From Candidatus Pollutiaquabacter sp. (GTDB lineage Bacteria > Bacteroidota > Bacteroidia > AKYH767-A > 2013-40CM-41-45), in NCBI GenBank assembly GCA_947465495.1, contig CANIAS010000004.1:1808-65807 (forward strand): 64,000 bases of DNA. The letters run 5' to 3'. Shown here piece after piece: positions 48,762-56,848 of the stretch. The first letter of the stretch is position 1; every line of letters begins with the position of its first letter. Below the pieces are notes generated by a model. The model made no database searches and was not told the origin of the DNA. It saw only the letters and a program-made list of their open reading frames with translations. Both the position numbers and the translations under genes were made by a program.

Positions 48762-49976
48762 ATGAAAGAACAAACTAAAATACAAGTTGCCATATTGGGC
48801 TTGGGATACATTGGATTGCCAACGGCAGCGTTGATTGCGAGTAAAGGTATCATGGTGAATGGGGTCGATGTTAACCGACATGTGATTGATACGATCAATA
48901 AAGGAAAGATTCATATTGTGGAGCCGGATCTCGAAGGATTGGTCCATTTGGCTGTTCGAAAGGGAGTATTGATAGCAGGGCCAAAGGTAAAAGCGTCGGA
49001 TGTTTTTTTGGTAGCAGTTCCTACTCCGTTTAAAAAAGGACATCAGCCTGATCTCTCGTATGTGGAGAAGGCCACACGCATGATTTTACCACAGTTGCGT
49101 CCGGGGAATTTATTTATCATCGAATCCACCAGTCCGGTCGGAACTACTGAAAAAATGGCGCGATTGATTTTTAGAGAACGCCCGGAGCTGAAAGGTAAGA
49201 TCCACCTGGCTTATTGTCCTGAACGGGTTTTGCCGGGCAGTGTCATCTATGAATTGCAACAAAACGATCGTGTGATTGGTGGCATCGATGAGGCATCGAC
49301 AGAGGCGGCTGTACGTTTCTATAGTCGTTTCGTGCGTGGATCATTGCATAAGACCAATTCCCGGACGGCCGAAATGACCAAATTAGTTGAGAATGCATAC
49401 CGTGATGTGAACATTGCGTTTGCAAATGAATTATCTGTCATTTGCGAAGAAGCGGACATCAACGTCAATGAGTTGATCAATCTAGCCAGTAAGCATCCGC
49501 GGGTAAAAATACTTCAACCAGGTCCAGGCGTCGGTGGACATTGCATTGCTGTTGATCCTTGGTTCATTGTTGCTGATTTCCCAAAGCAAGCCAAACTAAT
49601 ACGTCTCGCGCGTGAAGTCAATACTGGCAAAACCGAATGGGTACAGCAAAAAATACAAGATACTGCTGCGTCCTTTCAGAAAAAACAAGGTCGTCCGGCC
49701 GTGGTGGCCTGTATGGGTCTCGCTTACAAGCCTGACATTGACGATTTGCGGGAGTCACCAGCGTTGGAAATATATGAACACCTGGAGAAGCACGGAATTA
49801 CGGTCATGGCTGTAGAGCCGAACATCCGTAAACATTCAAAGCTGGCGATTACAGATACGTTGCGTGCCGTTCGTGAGGCGGATATCTTGGTCTTTTTGGT
49901 TCGACATAAAGAATTTGTCGGCTTGAACACCGCTGGTAAAACGGTATTGGATTTCTGTGGCGTAGTTAATCATTGA
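48762..49976 (+). CDS. wecC: UDP-N-acetyl-D-mannosamine dehydrogenase
   Basis: VAILGLGYIGLPTA Rossmann motif, catalytic GGHCI, AYKPDIDDLRESPA. Adjacent to wecB. Confidence 0.85.
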   Translation: MKEQTKIQVAILGLGYIGLPTAALIASKGIMVNGVDVNRHVIDTINKGKIHIVEPDLEGLVHLAVRKGVLIAGPKVKASDVFLVAVPTPFKKGHQPDLSYVEKATRMILPQLRPGNLFIIESTSPVGTTEKMARLIFRERPELKGKIHLAYCPERVLPGSVIYELQQNDRVIGGIDEASTEAAVRFYSRFVRGSLHKTNSRTAEMTKLVENAYRDVNIAFANELSVICEEADINVNELINLASKHPRVKILQPGPGVGGHCIAVDPWFIVADFPKQAKLIRLAREVNTGKTEWVQQKIQDTAASFQKKQGRPAVVACMGLAYKPDIDDLRESPALEIYEHLEKHGITVMAVEPNIRKHSKLAITDTLRAVREADILVFLVRHKEFVGLNTAGKTVLDFCGVVNH

Positions 49977-50005
49977 TTCTTATTTATTACTAGCAATACA
50001 AATCG

Positions 50006-51313
50006 ATGTCTTCGAACGCTCCGTTGAATAGTATCAGTCGTTATTTCGGACTGACACGCAGCGTTACGGAGTCGATGATGTTCCGATTTGTAGGATTATT
50101 GTTGGTGTTTTTACTACACCTGATTTTAGCCCGTCTGATGGGACCTAAAGAGTACGGGTATTATTCCATCATAACTTCCTGGTTGAGCATATTGTTGGTG
50201 GTTAGTCTTTTTGGGATGGACAAGGCGGTGTTACGCTTTTTCCCATCGGCGCTGGCTAAAAACGATTATGGGATGGCTGCAGGTTTTTTACGCTTCTCGC
50301 GAATACTGATATTGGTATTGTCGTTCATTTGCGGGGTATGTGCATTTCTGGTGATACTAGACAAAAGCCGGAATGGGCTTGTTAATTTTTCGGAAGGATT
50401 TTTTTGGGCGCTATTTCTGTTGCCTTTGCTTGCCATGGTCTATCAAGGAGCAGCGGTCCTGCGCTCGTACAATCGAATCAAGGCTTCGATGCTTCCTGTC
50501 TATATTTTACTGCCGGTATTTCTTTCCATTGCCGTGGCGATTTATTATTACCAGCATCACCGACTGTCAGTAGATGCTGTCATGTTTCTTCAGCTGGGTT
50601 GTACTTTTTTAGTGATGTTGTGGGTTCGTCGAATGGTTCGCCGTAAAATGGATCCGCTGATTGGAGAAGCAACTCCTGAAATAGAGCCGAGGGTGTGGCT
50701 CTCGGTTGCTTCTGCCTTTTTTCTGAGTTCCATCATCGAAATGCTTCTCAAACAGTCCGACATTCTGATGGTCGGCTATTTGATGAGCCATGTGCGAGCT
50801 GGCGAATATTCTGCCGCTTCTCGGATTACATCGCTTATTGCTTTTGGTATATCGGTGTCAGACTATCTGTACATGCCCAAGATTACGGCGTTGTATGTGT
50901 CGGGAAAAAAACGGGCATTGCAGGAAATGGTGCGGACATCAGCACGACAAATTATGGGCTTGACATTGCCACTGATGGTACTCTTGGTGCTGAGTGGACC
51001 GTGGCTGTTGGCGGCATTCGGTCCTACTTTTAAAAAAGCATACATTCCCATGTTGATCCTTCTTGCCGGCCAGTTGGTGAATGCGGCAACAGGACTTTCT
51101 GGTGCGCTGTTAACCATGGCAGGAAATAGAAACAGCTACGTATTGTATTCCTTCGTGTCGTTCGTATTTCAAATCTTTTTCATGTTGTTGTTGGTTCCGG
51201 TTTGGGGCCTTTCGGGTGCTGCAGTATCTGCTGCTTTGGCGCGTATACTCCTGAATTTCTTGGCCTATCGCCATGTGCGTACTAAGATTGGTATTACCGC
51301 GTCGGTGTGGTAA
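50006..51313 (+). CDS. MOP-superfamily polysaccharide flippase (Wzx-like), copy 2
   Basis: 435 aa, polytopic, polysaccharide-biosynthesis-protein-like topology. Last gene of the plus-strand train. Confidence 0.65.
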   Translation: MSSNAPLNSISRYFGLTRSVTESMMFRFVGLLLVFLLHLILARLMGPKEYGYYSIITSWLSILLVVSLFGMDKAVLRFFPSALAKNDYGMAAGFLRFSRILILVLSFICGVCAFLVILDKSRNGLVNFSEGFFWALFLLPLLAMVYQGAAVLRSYNRIKASMLPVYILLPVFLSIAVAIYYYQHHRLSVDAVMFLQLGCTFLVMLWVRRMVRRKMDPLIGEATPEIEPRVWLSVASAFFLSSIIEMLLKQSDILMVGYLMSHVRAGEYSAASRITSLIAFGISVSDYLYMPKITALYVSGKKRALQEMVRTSARQIMGLTLPLMVLLVLSGPWLLAAFGPTFKKAYIPMLILLAGQLVNAATGLSGALLTMAGNRNSYVLYSFVSFVFQIFFMLLLVPVWGLSGAAVSAALARILLNFLAYRHVRTKIGITASVW

Positions 51314-51535
51314 TAGCTGCTTACCCTGTTCATTTAAACGGATGTAATTTCCGCTTCCATGGTCTTAGTGGCTTTAAGCAACGACATCGATCCATGGAAA
51401 CCCATTAGGCCGAAATAAATCAAACAGGAAGTGTCGGCCAGAACCTTTGTTCACCCCGTCTTTTTTCGTAAAATTGCAGGCCTATTCTTCCGACATTGGT
51501 ATAGGCCTTTCATTTAATTCATCTACTTCGTCGCT

Positions 51536-52402
51536 GTGCCAGCAACCAACGCTTTCCGGGAATACCTACAACTTACCAAACCGCGTCTTTCGGGGTTAGT
51601 CGTTTTTTCCGCGGTTACCGGATACATGATTGCCATGAACGGAAAGGTGGCAGGAGCCCCCTTAGGTTGGCTGATGTTGGGTGGGTATCTGGTGACGGGA
51701 GCTTCCAATGGGTTTAATCAGGTAATAGAGAAAGATCTGGATATATTGATGGAGCGAACGGCTAATCGTCCGATTCCTTCAGGCCGGCTGTCAGCTAGAG
51801 CAGCATTGATCGCATCGTTGTTGATGGGAATTATCGGCGTTGCTATCCTTTGGGCCAAGATGAATCCGTTATGCGGAGCTTTGAGCCTGCTTTCCATGTT
51901 TATTTACACAGTCATTTATACGCCAGCTAAACGCGTAACGCCATTTGCTGTATTAATTGGAGCATTTCCCGGGGCTTTTCCACCGATGCTCGGCTGGATA
52001 GCAGCTCGCAATGAACTTGGATTGGAAGCAGTACTACTATATGCGATCCAATTCATTTGGCAATTCCCGCATTTCTGGTCCATCGCCTGGATTCTTCACG
52101 ACGATTATTTGCGTGCAGGATTCAGAATGCTCCCATCAGCTGGAGGACGAACGAGATCATCCGCCTTCCAAACATTAGTCTATACTGCTTGTTTAATCCC
52201 CATGGCCTTTCTTCCACAAGCATTTCACCTGGCCGGCTGGATTACCACCTGCTCTCTACTAATTTGTGGGATCATTTTTACCTGGCAAGCTGTTGGGTTG
52301 TATAAAACATTGGAAATCAAGGCCGCTCATCGGTTGATGTTCGGCTCTTTTCTGTATCTGCCGGCAGTCCAACTTTCCTGGATGTTTGAAAAACTACTCT
52401 GA
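51536..52402 (+). CDS. ctaB: protoheme IX farnesyltransferase (heme O synthase)
   Basis: EYLQLTKPRLS, NQVIEKDLDILMERTANRP, UbiA-family topology. GTG start. Confidence 0.88.
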   Translation: MPATNAFREYLQLTKPRLSGLVVFSAVTGYMIAMNGKVAGAPLGWLMLGGYLVTGASNGFNQVIEKDLDILMERTANRPIPSGRLSARAALIASLLMGIIGVAILWAKMNPLCGALSLLSMFIYTVIYTPAKRVTPFAVLIGAFPGAFPPMLGWIAARNELGLEAVLLYAIQFIWQFPHFWSIAWILHDDYLRAGFRMLPSAGGRTRSSAFQTLVYTACLIPMAFLPQAFHLAGWITTCSLLICGIIFTWQAVGLYKTLEIKAAHRLMFGSFLYLPAVQLSWMFEKLL

Positions 52403-52404
52403 TC

Positions 52405-53055
52405 ATGACGACCACCCCGCTATCTGAAGAAGAACTGATCCGTCTCAAATCCCGTAAAACGCTCCTATGGTTTGGGATCATCAGTATTATTATGCTGTTC
52501 GCTGGACTTACCTCCGCGTACATTGTCCGTCAGAGTGAGGGTAAATGGGCTCAGTTTGATCTTCCCAATGCCTTTATTATTAGCACATTGATTATCGCAT
52601 TTAGTAGTATTCCCATGCAATGGGCGGTTAATTCCATCAAACACGGTAACGCCGAAAATCTCACTAAAGGATTGATAATCACTTTATTGTTAGGTGCAGG
52701 GTTTGTGATATCGCAATATGTTGCTTGGTCTGAATTGTTTCGGGATGGCATTGCTTTCTCGAGCCGTCTTTCGGATATCCGTACGGATTATACCTACATT
52801 TCCTCGGGCACTGAAACGGCCGAGCAAGCCGGCGAGGTAGGCAATGTTTCGGCCTCCTTTTTATACGCCATCACCGCGTTGCATATTTTGCACTTAGCAG
52901 CGGGTATTTTGGCGTTATTTGTTGTACTTTCGCGGTCAATCAGGAAAAAGTATACCCCCGAAGAGTATTCCGGAGTAAGTATGTGTGCCACGTATTGGCA
53001 CTTCCTCGGAGGGTTGTGGGTGTATCTCTTTTTCTTTCTATTTTTCGTGCGCTAA
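52405..53055 (+). CDS. heme-copper oxidase subunit III family protein (short form)
   Basis: 5 TM helices and the C-terminal ATYWHFLGGLWVYLFFFLFF motif (YWHFVD-like). Confidence 0.7.
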   Translation: MTTTPLSEEELIRLKSRKTLLWFGIISIIMLFAGLTSAYIVRQSEGKWAQFDLPNAFIISTLIIAFSSIPMQWAVNSIKHGNAENLTKGLIITLLLGAGFVISQYVAWSELFRDGIAFSSRLSDIRTDYTYISSGTETAEQAGEVGNVSASFLYAITALHILHLAAGILALFVVLSRSIRKKYTPEEYSGVSMCATYWHFLGGLWVYLFFFLFFVR

Positions 53056-53108
53056 TAGTAACCTCCATTAACAGTAACGTATAAATTTCTCAATCAACCG
53101 ATACCTAA

Positions 53109-53915
53109 ATGTCTAGTCACGCAGCAGCAAATCCGTCGAAAGTGTGGGGCGGTGGTCATTCTCCGTTCAACCTGAGTTGGGGAAAGATGTTCATGTGGAT
53201 CTTCCTTGTTTCCGATGCATTCACATTCTCTAGTCTCCTGATCGCGTATGGTTACATGCGTCATCGCTTTACCAGCATCTGGCCTATTCCAGGCGATGTG
53301 TTCACGCACTTCCCGTTTATCCACGGACATGTGCCGTTGGCATATGTAGGGTTAATGACCTTCATCCTGATCATGAGTTCTGTTACCATGGTATTGGCTG
53401 TATTCGCTGGTCATAATCACAACCGCAAATCGGTATTGATGTGGTTGGGACTTACCATCATCGGTGGTTTTATGTTCCTCGGATCTCAGGCGTGGGAATG
53501 GTATCACTTCATCGAAGGTTCTGAGAAAGGCGCTTTTGTACTTGCTGATGGTCGATTCGCTCGTACCGATGATCTCGAGCCGGGTGTATTAATGTTTCAG
53601 GATCACTCCAAAGTAGAGGGCGCCGAAGCACAAGAATTAATGGCTACCGCCAAGAAGAATATTATCGGCGCTAATTTGACCGAAAACGAATACGGAAATA
53701 CACCATTGTTCGCCAACTTTTTCTTCTTCATCACTGGTTTCCACGGCTTTCACGTATTCAGTGGTGTCGTTCTTAACATTATCGTTTTTATTTTAGTGTA
53801 TCAGGGATTTAATGAACGGAAGAAAGATTATGAACTCGTTGAGAAGGTTGGCCTTTACTGGCACTTCGTTGACTTGGTTTGGGTCTTCGTCTTCACCTTC
53901 TTCTACCTCGTCTAA
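53109..53915 (+). CDS. cytochrome c oxidase subunit III
   Basis: FFITGFHGFHVFSGV and YWHFVDLVWVFVFTFFYL. Confidence 0.82.
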   Translation: MSSHAAANPSKVWGGGHSPFNLSWGKMFMWIFLVSDAFTFSSLLIAYGYMRHRFTSIWPIPGDVFTHFPFIHGHVPLAYVGLMTFILIMSSVTMVLAVFAGHNHNRKSVLMWLGLTIIGGFMFLGSQAWEWYHFIEGSEKGAFVLADGRFARTDDLEPGVLMFQDHSKVEGAEAQELMATAKKNIIGANLTENEYGNTPLFANFFFFITGFHGFHVFSGVVLNIIVFILVYQGFNERKKDYELVEKVGLYWHFVDLVWVFVFTFFYLV

Positions 53916-53935
53916 CACAGCATCATCCTAGCCTT

Positions 53936-54268
53936 ATGTCAAATAATCATCACGCAGTAGCCGCTGAGGGCGGACACGATCACGGTTCATTGACAACCAA
54001 GCTGATCTGGAGAGTATTCTGGATTCTTTTGGCGGTAACCATTTTCGAAGTAGCGATCTCTTTTACGGGAATTTCCAAAGAGGTCCTCATGCTTACCTTT
54101 ATCGTACTCACGATTGTAAAATCCTATTACATCGTGGGCTACTTCATGCACCTTAAATACGAGGCAGTTCCTTTCCGCTGGTCGATTCTGCTCCCGTTCA
54201 TTCTCATTGTATACCTCATTTTCATCGCCCTTTACGAAGGTTCCTCGTTGACGATGGCTCCTCTCTAA
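53936..54268 (+). CDS. cytochrome c oxidase subunit IV family (prokaryotic small subunit)
   Basis: 110 aa with 3 TM helices, positioned right after subunit III. Start set at MSNNHH (53936); the track ORF start overlaps the previous gene. Confidence 0.6.
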   Translation: MSNNHHAVAAEGGHDHGSLTTKLIWRVFWILLAVTIFEVAISFTGISKEVLMLTFIVLTIVKSYYIVGYFMHLKYEAVPFRWSILLPFILIVYLIFIALYEGSSLTMAPL

Positions 54269-54275
54269 GATCACC

Positions 54276-54941
54276 ATGCCGATTTCCAACAGGATCAAGC
54301 TGCTCATTCCAGCAATCATTCTTGCTTATCCGGTTGCTTTCTGGTTTGCAATTTCTTGCGGTGACAACCATTTTAAGCGTCTCCCGATTATTGGTCCTGT
54401 CGAAGTGACCACCTCGGGAGATTCGCTTTTTCATACGGTTGGAGATTTTCACTTGACCAATCAGGAAGGGAAGGAAATATCCCAAAAAGACCTAGAAGGA
54501 AAAATCTACGTAGCTAATTTCTTCTTTGCTTCCTGTAAATCGGTATGTCCCCAGATGAACGAAAACGTTCGTCGTATACAGGAAAAATTCAAGGGCAGTG
54601 ATGAAGTTCGCATTGTTTCCTACACCGTCGATCCGGAAACTGATTCAGTATCGGTATTGGCTGATTACGCTAAAAAGATGGGAGCCAATAATCAGCAATG
54701 GTGGTTTCTTACCGGGCCGAAGGATTCCATTTATTCTTTAGCGCGAAACGGATATTTACTCCCTGCCGCTCAACGTATCAGCGAGGGTGATTTCTTTCAT
54801 TCACAAGATTTGCTTCTGATAGATAAAGACAAAAGGATTCGCGGAATCTATGATGGTACAGAGACGTATGAAGTCGATACCTTGGTGGATGAAATCAAAG
54901 TACTGATGCACGAGTATTTCGAATTGGAGCATAAAAAATAA
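54276..54941 (+). CDS. SCO1/SenC family copper chaperone
   Basis: N-terminal anchor, FFFASCKSVCP (CxxxC) motif, thioredoxin-fold length. Confidence 0.82.
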   Translation: MPISNRIKLLIPAIILAYPVAFWFAISCGDNHFKRLPIIGPVEVTTSGDSLFHTVGDFHLTNQEGKEISQKDLEGKIYVANFFFASCKSVCPQMNENVRRIQEKFKGSDEVRIVSYTVDPETDSVSVLADYAKKMGANNQQWWFLTGPKDSIYSLARNGYLLPAAQRISEGDFFHSQDLLLIDKDKRIRGIYDGTETYEVDTLVDEIKVLMHEYFELEHKK

Positions 54942-54957
54942 CACGTCCTCTCCGGAT

Positions 54958-55530
54958 GTGTTCAATGATAAAAACGCTTTCATGACGCTTACAGACAATC
55001 TTAAGTCGCGCGAGCAATTCTACAAGAAGCTCATTTGGATTATTTCTATTGCAGTGTTTGCAGTGGTGGTTATTCTCTCGCAATTGCCGAAGGCGGAAAC
55101 CATTCCTGCTTGGGCAGCGTTATTGCCTGGGTTGAATGCAGTCTTGAATGGCACCACCACAATTCTCTTGTTGGTGTCTTTGTGGTTCATAAAAAAGAAA
55201 GACGTCGCCATGCACAAGAAGCTGAATCTGGCAGCATGCGTGCTCTCTACGGTCTTCCTGTTGTCGTACGTACTGTTTCATGCCTTTGGAGTGGAGACCC
55301 GCTTCCCCGCCGAGCATCCCATGCGTCCTATGTATTTAACCATTCTTTCCACGCACATCGTTTTAGCAGCCATTGTATTGCCGCTAGTTTTGCTTTCCCT
55401 TTATCGTGGATTGGTCAATCAAGTTAGCCTTCACCGCAAGATTGTCCGTTGGTCTTATCCAATCTGGTTGTATGTTACCATTACTGGTGTTATCGTGTAC
55501 CTGATGATTTCACCCTATTATAAATTCTGA
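54958..55530 (+). CDS. DUF420 family membrane protein
   Basis: 4 TM helices with conserved His positions (FHAFG, STHIVLA). Position after SCO matches cox operons I recall. GTG start at 54958; alternative ATG at 54982. Confidence 0.6.
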   Translation: MFNDKNAFMTLTDNLKSREQFYKKLIWIISIAVFAVVVILSQLPKAETIPAWAALLPGLNAVLNGTTTILLLVSLWFIKKKDVAMHKKLNLAACVLSTVFLLSYVLFHAFGVETRFPAEHPMRPMYLTILSTHIVLAAIVLPLVLLSLYRGLVNQVSLHRKIVRWSYPIWLYVTITGVIVYLMISPYYKF

Positions 55531-55532
55531 TC

Positions 55533-55760
55533 ATGAAGAAGTCTGCTGCGATTGCACTTTTCGTTTTATTTATCATGCTTTCCATCGATCACACTTCAGC
55601 GCAGTGTGCGATGTGTCGTCGTAATGTTGAAACCAACAAAGAGTCGCACAACAACAAAGTGGGTACGGGTCTTAATAAAGGAATTTTGTATTTAATGTCT
55701 GTACCCTATCTCATCGGCATTATTGGCGTAGCCATGTGGATGAAAAAGCGGAAACAGTAG
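55533..55760 (+). CDS. 75-aa signal-peptide/CxxC/C-terminal-TM mini-protein
   Basis: MKKSAAIALFVLFIMLSIDHTSAQ | CAMC RRNVETN... | ILYLMSVPYLIGIIGVAMW MKKRKQ. It starts 2 nt after the DUF420 stop. Confidence 0.55.
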   Translation: MKKSAAIALFVLFIMLSIDHTSAQCAMCRRNVETNKESHNNKVGTGLNKGILYLMSVPYLIGIIGVAMWMKKRKQ

Positions 55761-55821
55761 TTTCTTTTGGCAGCGCGTGAGTATTGACTCAAGCCCTCAT
55801 TTTCAGTACTTTTGCAGGCAA

Positions 55822-56844
55822 ATGCCGTTGTATAATACCCTCGATCGTGATGCGTTGCTGAAACGCATAGAAAATGAACCTTTTTCGAGGGTTACCCTTT
55901 CTTTTTACCGTTATGTCCGTCTTTCGGACCTGGAAGTTTTCCGGGCTCGAATGTTCAGGGAGTGGGAGCAACTCGGCATCCTTGGTCGGATCTACCTTTC
56001 ACAGGAAGGTGTCAATGCACAGATTTCCATTCCGGAGCCTCATTTTCAGGCATTCAAGGATTGGATGGATGCATTCGTGCCGTTTAGTAATATGGACTTG
56101 AAAATCGCGGTGGAAGACAATAAGTTTTCCTTCGTGAAATTGAAAATTAAGATCCGTGCTAAAATTGTAGCTGACGGGTTGGATGATGATTCCTTTGATG
56201 TTACCAATGTTGGCACGCACCTTTCAGCCAGTGATTGGAATGAAGCCATGAGATCTCCGGATGCAGTCGTTGTTGATATGCGCAATGTGTACGAAAGTGA
56301 AGTCGGCCATTTCAAGGGAGCAATACTTCCACAGTCTGTAACGTTTCGTGAAGAATTGGAGGAGGTGCTCGGCATTCTGGAAGATAAGAAAGACAAGAAA
56401 ATTCTACTATACTGTACTGGCGGGGTTCGCTGCGAAAAGGCCAGTGCCTATTTGCGTCACCATGGATACGAGGATGTCAATCAGCTCAACGGTGGCATCA
56501 TCTATTACACCCAACAAGTGAAAGAGCAAGGATTGCCGGTTGAATTCATTGGTAAAAACTTCGTTTTCGACGACCGTATGGGTGAACGAATTACCGACGA
56601 TGTAGTAAGTAACTGCCATCAATGCGGTTCGGTTTCAGATGCACATACCAACTGTGCTCATCAAGGATGCCACGTGCTTTTTATTCAATGTTCTTCGTGC
56701 GCCGATGCGATGAATGCGTGTTGCTCGGAGGAGTGCAAACACATCCTATCCTTATCAGAAGCCGAACAGGCTGAAATTCGCCGTACCAGTCCTTTGAAGG
56801 ACGTGCAAACGCTTTACAAGCCGATAATTCGTCGAATCAAATAG
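55822..56844 (+). CDS. trhO: rhodanese-domain tRNA uridine(34) hydroxylase (UPF0176/TrhO family)
   Basis: Rhodanese active site LLYCTGGVRCEKASAYL and a C-terminal Cys-rich tail CHQCG...CAHQGC...CSSC. Start set at MPLYNTL. Confidence 0.8.
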   Translation: MPLYNTLDRDALLKRIENEPFSRVTLSFYRYVRLSDLEVFRARMFREWEQLGILGRIYLSQEGVNAQISIPEPHFQAFKDWMDAFVPFSNMDLKIAVEDNKFSFVKLKIKIRAKIVADGLDDDSFDVTNVGTHLSASDWNEAMRSPDAVVVDMRNVYESEVGHFKGAILPQSVTFREELEEVLGILEDKKDKKILLYCTGGVRCEKASAYLRHHGYEDVNQLNGGIIYYTQQVKEQGLPVEFIGKNFVFDDRMGERITDDVVSNCHQCGSVSDAHTNCAHQGCHVLFIQCSSCADAMNACCSEECKHILSLSEAEQAEIRRTSPLKDVQTLYKPIIRRIK

Positions 56845-56848
56845 TACG

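Noticed and set aside
51478-51508. Hairpin AGGCCTAT-(15 nt)-ATAGGCCT, 165 nt downstream of the second flippase gene, considered as the operon terminator.
   Set aside because: The loop is long, the stem is only 8 bp and AT-containing, and the tail (TTCATTTAATT) is not a clean U-tract. That is too weak to call. It may still be functional.
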